NCBI GenBank assembly: GCA_963805945.1 | Contig: CAWDVP010000006.1 | Coordinates: forward strand, 96,001 to 160,000 | Direction: 5' to 3' | DNA length: 64,000 nt | Source of the DNA: Vulcanimicrobiota bacterium | GTDB taxonomy: Bacteria > Vulcanimicrobiota > Vulcanimicrobiia > Eremiobacterales > Eremiobacteraceae | In this document: piece by piece, positions 56,850 to 64,000 of the stretch | How the letters are laid out: every line of letters starts with the position of its first letter | Numbering within the stretch: the first letter of the stretch is position 1 | The notes under the pieces: model-generated | What the model saw: the letters and a program-made list of their open reading frames with translations, nothing else | What the model was told of the DNA's origin: nothing | The model's database searches: none | Position numbers and translations under genes: made by a program

Positions 56850-58502
56850 ATGGCCATCGCCGGACGTTTCTTCAACGCTACCGCGGCGCTTGCGTTCTTC
56901 GCAGCCGTGATCGGCGGGTCAGGCGCCCACGCTGTCGCCGCGCCGGCTGAAGGGCCTTCTGATCCGCCGGGCCTGCAGCCCACCTCGACGACGCTTGCCG
57001 CGGTCATCGCGTCCGCGAAGAAAGCGTATGGCCGCGCGACGCGCACCGACGCAGCGCTCGCAGAGCAGTGGACGACGACCGATGCCGGCGACGTCGAGAA
57101 CGGTTCGTCGGTCACCATGGGCGCCGACTATGCGATCACTTTGACGACCGCCGGCTTGACGCGGCGCTACGGCGAGTACAAAGGGCGCAGCTGGGAGCAG
57201 AACGAGAACGGCATCGTGACGCTGCTCGAGGGCGTGCACGGCAACGCGCGCGGCTCGCTCGACGATACGTGGCGCTCGGCCGAAGTGGACGGCGCGCGCC
57301 TGCTCGGTGAAGTGCAGTCACCTGGACCCGCGTACGTCGTCGAGACGCTGTCGGTCAGGTCGAGGCGCATGTGGCTCTTCTTCGACAAGGCGACCGCATT
57401 GCTCGATCGCGTCGTGCTGTTCTACGCCGGCGGGCAATACACGTACGATTTCAGCTCTTATCGATCGGTGGGCGGCGTCGCCGAAGCGGAGCGCATCCAC
57501 GGCGCCAACGAGAAGGGCGACGACGCGTTTGATACCGCGGTCACCTCGCGCACCTATTCCCCGAGCATCGCGTCCGGCGCGCTCGCCATCCCGGCGAATC
57601 GCTCCGATCTAGTGGCGTTCCCCGCGGATCGCGCCAGCGTGCGGCTTCCGGCGAGGATCCTGGACGGCCGCTTCATCGTGGTGCGCGTCAACATCAACGG
57701 CCGCGGCCTGGACTTCGCCCTCGATTCAGGTGCCGACGGCATCGTGATCGAACGCGGCGTCGCCGAGGAGCTCGGCCTGCGAGGCGTCGGCGATACACGA
57801 CGTGAGGGCAAGGCGAAGGTGCAGTACCACGTCGTCGCGCCGGAGATCGACGTCGGCGATCTGCACATGAGGAACGTCGTGATCCAAAGCCTGCCCTTCG
57901 ATACCGAGCAGGAAGAGACGACCAAGGTTGTAGGGCTGCTAGGCTTCGACTTCCTCGCCGGAGCGGTGCTCAAGGTGGACTACGACCACGGCACGCTCGA
58001 CGCGTTCCCCGCCTCGAGCTTCGACCCGCCGGCCGGCGCGAAGCCAATCAGCGTCGCGCTCGACGATCAAGTCCCGATGATCTCGTGTCAGATCAACGAC
58101 GTCACCGCGAAGTACCTCATCGTCGACACGGGCGCCGATAGTCTCTACGTCTACTCGCATTTCGCCATCGCCAATTTCGCCGGATCGCCCGACCCCCGGA
58201 AGAACGTGTTCAAAACGGTCTACTTCCCCTTCTACAAGGATATCGTGGTCGGCGGGCTGGTCCAGGCGGCGCAATTCCGCGCCGCGTCGTTCGTGCTCGG
58301 TGAATATTATTTCGGGGGCCCGCTTTTATATGTGACGTGGCACGCCTCGAGGTTCGAGGACGTGCTGGTCGACACCGACGGCATCATCGGCCACTCGCTG
58401 CTGCTCTACTTCGACCTCTATTTCGATTACCCGCACGCGCGCATCTATCTCGTGCCCAACGCGACGTATCGGGCCGTGAGCGGTGCGACGGGAGCCCGCT
58501 AG
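56850..58502 (+). CDS. Secreted retropepsin-like aspartyl protease with two catalytic domains
   Basis: LDSGA...GLLGFD and VDTGA...GIIG. Confidence 0.85.
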   Translation: MAIAGRFFNATAALAFFAAVIGGSGAHAVAAPAEGPSDPPGLQPTSTTLAAVIASAKKAYGRATRTDAALAEQWTTTDAGDVENGSSVTMGADYAITLTTAGLTRRYGEYKGRSWEQNENGIVTLLEGVHGNARGSLDDTWRSAEVDGARLLGEVQSPGPAYVVETLSVRSRRMWLFFDKATALLDRVVLFYAGGQYTYDFSSYRSVGGVAEAERIHGANEKGDDAFDTAVTSRTYSPSIASGALAIPANRSDLVAFPADRASVRLPARILDGRFIVVRVNINGRGLDFALDSGADGIVIERGVAEELGLRGVGDTRREGKAKVQYHVVAPEIDVGDLHMRNVVIQSLPFDTEQEETTKVVGLLGFDFLAGAVLKVDYDHGTLDAFPASSFDPPAGAKPISVALDDQVPMISCQINDVTAKYLIVDTGADSLYVYSHFAIANFAGSPDPRKNVFKTVYFPFYKDIVVGGLVQAAQFRAASFVLGEYYFGGPLLYVTWHASRFEDVLVDTDGIIGHSLLLYFDLYFDYPHARIYLVPNATYRAVSGATGAR

Positions 58503-58534
58503 GCGTCGCTGCGCCCGGCTTGGCCGAGCTGAAG

Positions 58535-58561
58535 GGAACTTTTTGAGTACAATTAAGCGTT
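58535..58561 (+). promoter_or_regulatory. Putative ECF-sigma promoter
   Basis: GGAAC-N18-CGTT upstream of 58605. Confidence 0.4.
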
Positions 58562-58604
58562 CATGCCTTGACCGGCCCGAGAGGGCGTCTAGAGGAGCAT
58601 ATAG

Positions 58605-59411
58605 ATGAAAGTTCTTAGACTATTCGCTGCGATCGTCGTCGCCTTCGCGGCGTCCTCGACGCCGAGCCTGGCGTCAAAGGTTCTCTTCAGCCCATACTTC
58701 ACGAACGTCGCAGCCAACGTGAAGGGCGGTCAGATCGTCGTCAGCTGGTCGCTCCGCAGCTATTACTACAAGATGCAGGTCCATCTCACGCGAACGCCCG
58801 CATTCGATCCGTCATTCGAGCCGGCCGGCTATGCCCTGTTGTTGCCGCCCGTGCTGAGTTCTCCGGGATACACAGATGAGTCGTTCACCGATAGCAACGT
58901 CAAAGAGGGCGTGACGTACAGCTACGCCTTGTGTGCTTTTTGGATCGAGGCCGTCTACGGTAACGGCCCAACCCAGCCGGCGACATCGCACGTCAACCAG
59001 ACCGCGTGCGCAAGCCCGGTCACAGCGCGTTTGGGGTACACCCCGGTGCGCCTCCATCAACTGCAGATCAGCCAGCCCTCGAATGTCCACGCCGTGCGCC
59101 AGAACGCTTCGACCGTCGCGCTGAGCTGGTCCACCACGACGGGCTCTGATACCGCGCACCTGTACTTGATGGCGAACACCGCAGCGAGCATGCCGCCATC
59201 CGACTGGACCGCGCCGGGATGGGGCAAGGACGCCGCCGTGAGCCCGGTGGCGCCTCAGAAGTACAATCTACCGATCAACGCCGCACCGACCGGCAAGCAC
59301 AACTACTATATGGTGTGCGCCGCGAGCAGCGACGACAAGGCTGTCCTCTGCTCCGCGCCGGTCCAAGAGACCGGCCTCCCGTTCGCGCCGGCGCCGATGC
59401 TCTCTCACTAA
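58605..59411 (+). CDS. Hypothetical secreted protein, two FN3-like domains likely
   Basis: GAGGAG RBS, signal peptide, VVSW...FTD...YSY and LSW...YYMV. Confidence 0.75.
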   Translation: MKVLRLFAAIVVAFAASSTPSLASKVLFSPYFTNVAANVKGGQIVVSWSLRSYYYKMQVHLTRTPAFDPSFEPAGYALLLPPVLSSPGYTDESFTDSNVKEGVTYSYALCAFWIEAVYGNGPTQPATSHVNQTACASPVTARLGYTPVRLHQLQISQPSNVHAVRQNASTVALSWSTTTGSDTAHLYLMANTAASMPPSDWTAPGWGKDAAVSPVAPQKYNLPINAAPTGKHNYYMVCAASSDDKAVLCSAPVQETGLPFAPAPMLSH

Positions 59412-59424
59412 CTGGGAAAACGAA

Positions 59425-59449
59425 ACGACGCCGCAATCGCTTGCGGCGT
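59425..59449. repeat. Hairpin, near-identical copy of tRNA-Ile downstream hairpin
   Basis: CGACGCCGCAATCGCTTGCGGCGTC. Confidence 0.8.
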
Positions 59450-59475
59450 CAAGACTGGTAGAACAGGAGTCTCGC

Positions 59476-59931
59476 ATGCGTACCTCCATACTTGTTTCTA
59501 TCGCGATAGCCGTGTGTTTGGCGAATCTGTCATCGCCGTCAGCAGGCGGAACGACGCCGACACCTGCCCCATCCGGCGCACCGCTTACGGTTCCGGTCGG
59601 CACAGCGCTGAAGTTTCATTGCCAGTGGACTCAGCGCTTGGGTAGCGGCACGCCGTGGACCGGGGATATGACGATCAGAGACAACGCAGAAGGCCTCATC
59701 AACGGCACGTACCGCAGTACATCGATCAGACCCGATCCGTTTTACGGCAAGATCGTCACGGTCACCGGAGCGATTAACGGCAAGAGCATTCGTCTGAGCT
59801 TCGGTATCATCCCCAGCGTGACGGTGCGCGGCGAGCTGGTCAAGGGAGGGATTAAAGGGTCGACCGCCTTCAACGGTGGCACGCTCGAGTTCGCGGCAGC
59901 CCTCGCCAAGGGGCAACAACCTGGCTCTTGA
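59476..59931 (+). CDS. Hypothetical secreted protein
   Basis: AGGAG RBS, signal peptide. Confidence 0.75.
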   Translation: MRTSILVSIAIAVCLANLSSPSAGGTTPTPAPSGAPLTVPVGTALKFHCQWTQRLGSGTPWTGDMTIRDNAEGLINGTYRSTSIRPDPFYGKIVTVTGAINGKSIRLSFGIIPSVTVRGELVKGGIKGSTAFNGGTLEFAAALAKGQQPGS

Positions 59932-59985
59932 ATCGGATGCAGCCGCGAGGGTAGAGTACACGCTCTCGCTTCCTCAGACAAAGCT

Positions 59986-60010
59986 CGACGCCGCAATCAC
60001 TTGCGGCGTC
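59986..60010. terminator. Hairpin downstream of tRNA-Ile
   Basis: CGACGCCGCAATCACTTGCGGCGTC. Confidence 0.7.
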
Positions 60011-60021
60011 GTTACCTCTTC

Positions 60022-60098
60022 TGGTGGGCGATCGAGGACTCGAACCTCGGACCTCATCCTTATCAGGGATGCGCTCTAACCACCTGAGCTAATCGCCC
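60022..60098 (-). tRNA. tRNA-Ile (GAT)
   Basis: Anticodon loop CTGATAA, encoded CCA. Confidence 0.96.
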
Positions 60099-60171
60099 AC
60101 GAGCAGCAAAAGCTGCCAGCCCGAGTTGATTCTGCGGTGGACAGGGCGATTTCCCGCCAGTCGACGCTCGC

Positions 60172-61182
60172 CTACTGCTGCGTGATCGTCAGCACGCCAT
60201 CGGTCGCGAAGCCAAGGCTGCAACTGTCATTGCCATTTGAGCCGTTGTCCTCAACCTTGCCTCGTAGTACGAAACCGTCATTTCGCATCTTGCCGCTCGC
60301 CCACTGCTGGACGATGCTCGTCACGTCGACCGTGGCGGAGCCGGCACTGAACTGCGTGGGCGTCGGCCAGTTGAAGTCGCCATCGTCAGGGTACGGGGCG
60401 TTAAACGTCTGGCTCGTGAACTTGGCCGCGGGAATCCTGGCGAGCAGGGCCCGCCCCAATCCTCCATAGCAGTTTGTGTCGCCCTTGATGCCCGTAAGCG
60501 TCAGTATCGCCTTGGTGACGTTTAGACCATTGAACGCGGTTGGGTCAAAGCCCAAGAACGCTCGGTCGTACGTGTTCCAGTGATAGAGATAGAACGAATC
60601 TCCGTTATGGAGATGATACCAGCCGATGCACAGACTGCCGCACGGCCCCGCGCCGCGCTCGGGAAGGTAGGTCGTCATACCGACCCACTTGTACTCGTAC
60701 TCTCGCAGCGCCCACCATTGCGAGTGCAACGTGATTACCGGCCGGACGAGCGTGTGCACGTTCGGGTTCAGGAGGCCATACTTGCTCGCGCACGTGACGG
60801 TGAATGCGGCTTTGCCGGAATACACGTCCGCTTGGCCAGCGATGTTGTGGACCCAGATCTGATCGAAGTTCGTGCCCGTGCTGCTCGCGCCGATACTGAA
60901 CGAATCGCTGACCGCGAAGTTGCCGCTCGCGGGGATCGTCGCCGCCCCCACGCTTTGGACTTGCTGCGTGCTGTTGATATAGCGGTTGAAGCTGTACTGG
61001 AACGCCGTCCCCGGTGTGCCCGAGATCGTTCCGGTGAATGCCTCGGTCACCGGGCACGTGCCGGTGTGTGTGGGCGTGGTCGCGGTCAGGGCCGCGGTGA
61101 CTGCTGCGTCCGCAGGCCCCGCGATCACGATCAAGAGCGCCGCGGCGACGATCCCTGCGGCAAATACGACGTTCCGATTCAT
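60172..61182 (-). CDS. Hypothetical secreted protein, C-terminal DNRLRE-like domain
   Basis: GAGGAGG RBS, signal peptide, VTKAILTL...DVTSIVQQW..G..N.GF.L. Confidence 0.75.
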   Translation of the reverse strand: MNRNVVFAAGIVAAALLIVIAGPADAAVTAALTATTPTHTGTCPVTEAFTGTISGTPGTAFQYSFNRYINSTQQVQSVGAATIPASGNFAVSDSFSIGASSTGTNFDQIWVHNIAGQADVYSGKAAFTVTCASKYGLLNPNVHTLVRPVITLHSQWWALREYEYKWVGMTTYLPERGAGPCGSLCIGWYHLHNGDSFYLYHWNTYDRAFLGFDPTAFNGLNVTKAILTLTGIKGDTNCYGGLGRALLARIPAAKFTSQTFNAPYPDDGDFNWPTPTQFSAGSATVDVTSIVQQWASGKMRNDGFVLRGKVEDNGSNGNDSCSLGFATDGVLTITQQ

Positions 61183-61311
61183 CCTATGCCTCCTCGAGGA
61201 ATGAATGTTTTTGAAAGAACGCTGGCGCCCGGCAGAACGTTTCGCGACCAGGCAGGCAGATTCCGAGGGGCGCCAGGCGATTCCCTGGCCGTCCCGAATA
61301 TGCTGGAGCGC

Positions 61312-61384
61312 GGGGGATTAGCTCAGCTGGTAGAGCGCGTGCTTTGCAAGCATGAGGTCAGCGGTTCGAGCCCGCTATCCTCCA
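61312..61384 (+). tRNA. tRNA-Ala (TGC)
   Basis: GGGGGAT acceptor stem with G3:U70, anticodon loop TTTGCAA. Confidence 0.95.
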
Positions 61385-61456
61385 AGGGTTTCCCGGTGAC
61401 GACAGGTCCAAGTTGCTTAGAATGCCCAGTCCCTGGCGTTTGGCATCGAGGTGGAT

Positions 61457-61690
61457 ATGCGCGCGAGACTTTCCGACCCACCGTGGAGCATCCCAATGCG
61501 GGTGCTCTCTGTCGCCATCTTTTTGTTTCCGCTCATTACCGTGGGCAGGCGGCAGTTGCTGCTGCCCCATGCCTACCCAGGCGACCCGTGGCGCTGGGTA
61601 TTCATCCTCTTGGGTATCGTAGTTGGTGTCAGTCTTTACAGACTAACACTGAGCGCAACTGAGAACCCAAGCAAATTTAGTCGATCTTAG
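61457..61690 (+). CDS. Small two-TM hypothetical protein
   Basis: GAGGT RBS, two hydrophobic segments. Confidence 0.55.
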   Translation: MRARLSDPPWSIPMRVLSVAIFLFPLITVGRRQLLLPHAYPGDPWRWVFILLGIVVGVSLYRLTLSATENPSKFSRS

Positions 61691-61740
61691 ATTAAGGTCG
61701 CCGCGCGCGTAGTCGGGCCGTGTCCAAACCGCGGTGATAT

Positions 61741-61784
61741 TTTGCAAGCATGGGGTCAGCAGTTCGAGCCCGCTAATCCTCCAA
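61741..61784 (+). repeat. Degenerate duplicate of tRNA-Ala 3' half (att-like)
   Basis: TTTGCAAGCATGGGGTCAGCAGTTCGAGCCCGCTAATCCTCCAA vs tRNA TTTGCAAGCATGAGGTCAGCGGTTCGAGCCCGCTATCCTCCAA. Confidence 0.9.
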
Positions 61785-61984
61785 AGGTTTTTCCTGATTT
61801 CTGCGCTGGCAGCGATTTAGGTGACCCACAGTGACATCGTAAGAGCTCCCTATCGCATCTCATGACGCCGGTCGCCTCTTATGTGTGCGTTTCATTGTGG
61901 GTTTACCCCGCATTACCACAGGTGCTCCGCCTCTGAGACCGCAAGGGCTTAAACCACTCAAAAGCACCAATCTTGGAGGCACTC

Positions 61985-62992
61985 ATGCAAAGACTTGTCC
62001 CGGTGGCTCTCGCCGCTTGCATCGCCACACTGAGCGTAGCGTGCAGCAGCGGCTCGACGAGCACGTCACCCACCCCCACCCCCGCCGCACCGACGCTCTA
62101 TTTCGCGACCGATTCTAGCGCCAACACGTTGACGGCATATCCGCTCAACGCCAACGGCAATGTCTCGCCCTCGCGCACTATCGCCGGCGCCGCTACCGGC
62201 CTCGGCTATCCCCGTCGGATCGTCATCGATGGGACCGGTAACCTCTACGTCGCGAACGCTCCGGGCGCAGCCCAACCGCATTCGATCACCGTCTACGCTC
62301 CCACCGCGAATGGAAACGTCGCCCCGATCCGCACGATCATGGGTGCGAATACCGGCCTCACCGGCGTCAACGGTCTTGCGTTGGACAACACCACCACCAA
62401 CCTGTATGCCGCGAACTGCGGCGCATGCTTCGATTCGACCGGCTCGGATGGAATTCTCATCTGGCCGGCAGCGGCCAATGGGAATATCGCGCCTTCGAGC
62501 AGCATCGCGGGCGGAAACACCGCGCTGAACGGTCCCGTAGCGATCACCTTTGACGCAGCCGGCGACCTGCTTGTCGCCGATGCGGGCAACAACACGGTGA
62601 CGACTTACGCACCGGGCGCCAGCGGCAACGTCGCGCCGACCGCCACGCTCGGCGGCGCAAACACCCTCATCAACAGCCCGCAATGCGTGCGTAACGACGC
62701 GGCCAGCCTCATCTACGTCTGCAACAACAACAGCAACAGCGTAACGGTCTACGCCGCGGGCGCCAGCGGAAACGTCGCACCGGTGCGCACGCTGAGCGGT
62801 GCAGCCACGGGTCTTCTTAACCCGACCTCGATTTCGTTCGATACGACAGGGAATATGTACGTCGCGAATCCAGGCGCCGCCACGATCACGGTCTACGCGC
62901 CCGGCGCCACAGGCAACCAAGCACCGATGTTCACGCTCGTCGGCGCTGGCACCGGGTTGGTGACGCCGGTCGGCCTCGCGATCCAGTTCTAG
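61985..62992 (+). CDS. Lipoprotein with NHL-like beta-propeller repeats
   Basis: VAC lipobox; ~6 repeats of Y.P.A.GN.AP..TI.G..T.L..P. Confidence 0.85.
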   Translation: MQRLVPVALAACIATLSVACSSGSTSTSPTPTPAAPTLYFATDSSANTLTAYPLNANGNVSPSRTIAGAATGLGYPRRIVIDGTGNLYVANAPGAAQPHSITVYAPTANGNVAPIRTIMGANTGLTGVNGLALDNTTTNLYAANCGACFDSTGSDGILIWPAAANGNIAPSSSIAGGNTALNGPVAITFDAAGDLLVADAGNNTVTTYAPGASGNVAPTATLGGANTLINSPQCVRNDAASLIYVCNNNSNSVTVYAAGASGNVAPVRTLSGAATGLLNPTSISFDTTGNMYVANPGAATITVYAPGATGNQAPMFTLVGAGTGLVTPVGLAIQF

Positions 62993-63070
62993 ACCCGCAC
63001 CCGGGGTAGGGGTCCGCCGGCCGATCGATCGGCGGCCCCATCCCCAAAGCGCGTAACGAAAGGAAATCCT

Positions 63071-63862
63071 GTGAAATCTTCTGGCCAGTCAATCGGGCGC
63101 GTACTTGCCATCGCATGCTTGGTGATCTGCAGCGCCGTGATCTTGCAGTCGTCCGGCGCTATGGCTTCAAGCGGCGCACTCACGACCGTGACGACAGACG
63201 ACAAGACGGCCTCGGTGGGAGTTCCCGCCGGCTGGACGCTGAAGAAAGGATCGAATGGTTTTGTCTATGTGACGGGCCTAAATGACGAGCGGGTCAACCT
63301 AGGAGTTCTCATAGTCGCCAAGAACGCGAGCGCCGGCAGCAACGTCAGCGGGGAGGTCGCTTTTGCCCTTCCGTTCAGCGCGAGCTTGAAGGACAAATTC
63401 ACGACGATCATCCAGAAGGGCGCAGCGAAGCAAGGGCTTCCGGCACCCCAAATAACGTTCGCGAGCGAGACGCAAATGAAGCTTCCGATGTGCTCCCGAT
63501 TACTCGGAGGCTGGACCGACAGTGCCAAATCCTGGAAATTTGAAGGAATTATGTGTTCTCTGCAGCCCGACTATCTCGGACTATATAAGAACCTCGTGTT
63601 CCTCCTGCAAGTGCCCTCGGGTCTCGCGGCGCAGGACCGCCCCATCGTCGAGCAGATCGCGCAAAGCTACCGAGTGACTCCCGCGATGTTCAAAAAGATG
63701 CTGGCGCCGTACACTCCGCTGCCGCCACGACCACCAGTCGGCGCCATGCCGATGGCACCGTATCAAGACCCCACGAATTCAGATTGTTTCGACTACAACG
63801 TCATCCGTGAATCCCCGCCATGGGAAGTTCCGATGCACTGCGGCGGCATGCAACCCGGATAG
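63071..63862 (+). CDS. Hypothetical secreted protein
   Basis: AAAGGA RBS, GTG start, signal peptide, Pro-rich C-terminus. Confidence 0.75.
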   Translation: MKSSGQSIGRVLAIACLVICSAVILQSSGAMASSGALTTVTTDDKTASVGVPAGWTLKKGSNGFVYVTGLNDERVNLGVLIVAKNASAGSNVSGEVAFALPFSASLKDKFTTIIQKGAAKQGLPAPQITFASETQMKLPMCSRLLGGWTDSAKSWKFEGIMCSLQPDYLGLYKNLVFLLQVPSGLAAQDRPIVEQIAQSYRVTPAMFKKMLAPYTPLPPRPPVGAMPMAPYQDPTNSDCFDYNVIRESPPWEVPMHCGGMQPG

Positions 63863-63895
63863 ACGAACTCTCCCAATCTGCGTCCGCGTCAGTCA

Positions 63896-63910
63896 CCGCT
63901 ATCCTCCAAG
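63896..63910 (+). repeat. Exact 15-bp copy of tRNA-Ala 3' end (att-like)
   Basis: CCGCTATCCTCCAAG identical to 61372-61386. Confidence 0.85.
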
Positions 63911-63948
63911 AGAAAAGACCCGCAGTCCGTCGATTGCGGGTTTTTCTC
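63911..63948 (+). terminator. Intrinsic terminator after the att-like repeat
   Basis: GACCCGCAGTC-cgtc-GATTGCGGGTT followed by T-run. Confidence 0.75.
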
Positions 63949-64000
63949 TCCCACGAGGTTTACGAGCCGATCGCCAGCTGTTTGCTTAATTTGATCGTCA

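Noticed and set aside
61860..61980. Possible riboswitch upstream of the NHL lipoprotein
   Set aside because: Some pairing potential but no recognisable aptamer motif.

Overview
High-GC bacterial chromosome segment, mostly minus-strand core genes. A Terrabacteria lineage such as Ca. Eremiobacterota is inferred from gene order and protein style, not proven. Contents in order: pyrR-pyrB-pyrC-carA-carB running into a PbpA-like PBP and a PknB-like kinase; SDR, valS, tig-clpP-clpX; divergent acs/satP; MATE; prolyl oligopeptidase; 15 tRNAs plus SRP RNA, with an HNH nuclease and tadA inside the clusters; rdgB/lepA/M23; a Firmicute-like rpsU-yqeY-nfeD-floA-phoH-ybeY-dgkA-hlyC-cdd-recO-ruvX-mltG block; glycosyltransferases; rpmE-prfA-prmC-hemF-pyrG; and a terminal accessory zone of secreted proteins around tRNA-Ile and tRNA-Ala. 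Most notable: (i) three families of GTAG/GGAG-led REP-like palindromes, one inserted in frame inside carB, pyrC, valS, nfeD, prmC and the floA-downstream gene, others supplying stop codons or abutting the clpP/clpX RBSs; (ii) a nested, integrase-free cassette array at tRNA-Ala bounded by two further copies of its 3' end; (iii) an L31 with a ~180-aa Ala/Glu/Lys, histone-H1-like tail; (iv) a free-standing HNH gene in a tRNA cluster; (v) a recurrent AGG-N16/17-CGAA promoter-like motif. Several single-base frameshifts look like sequencing errors.
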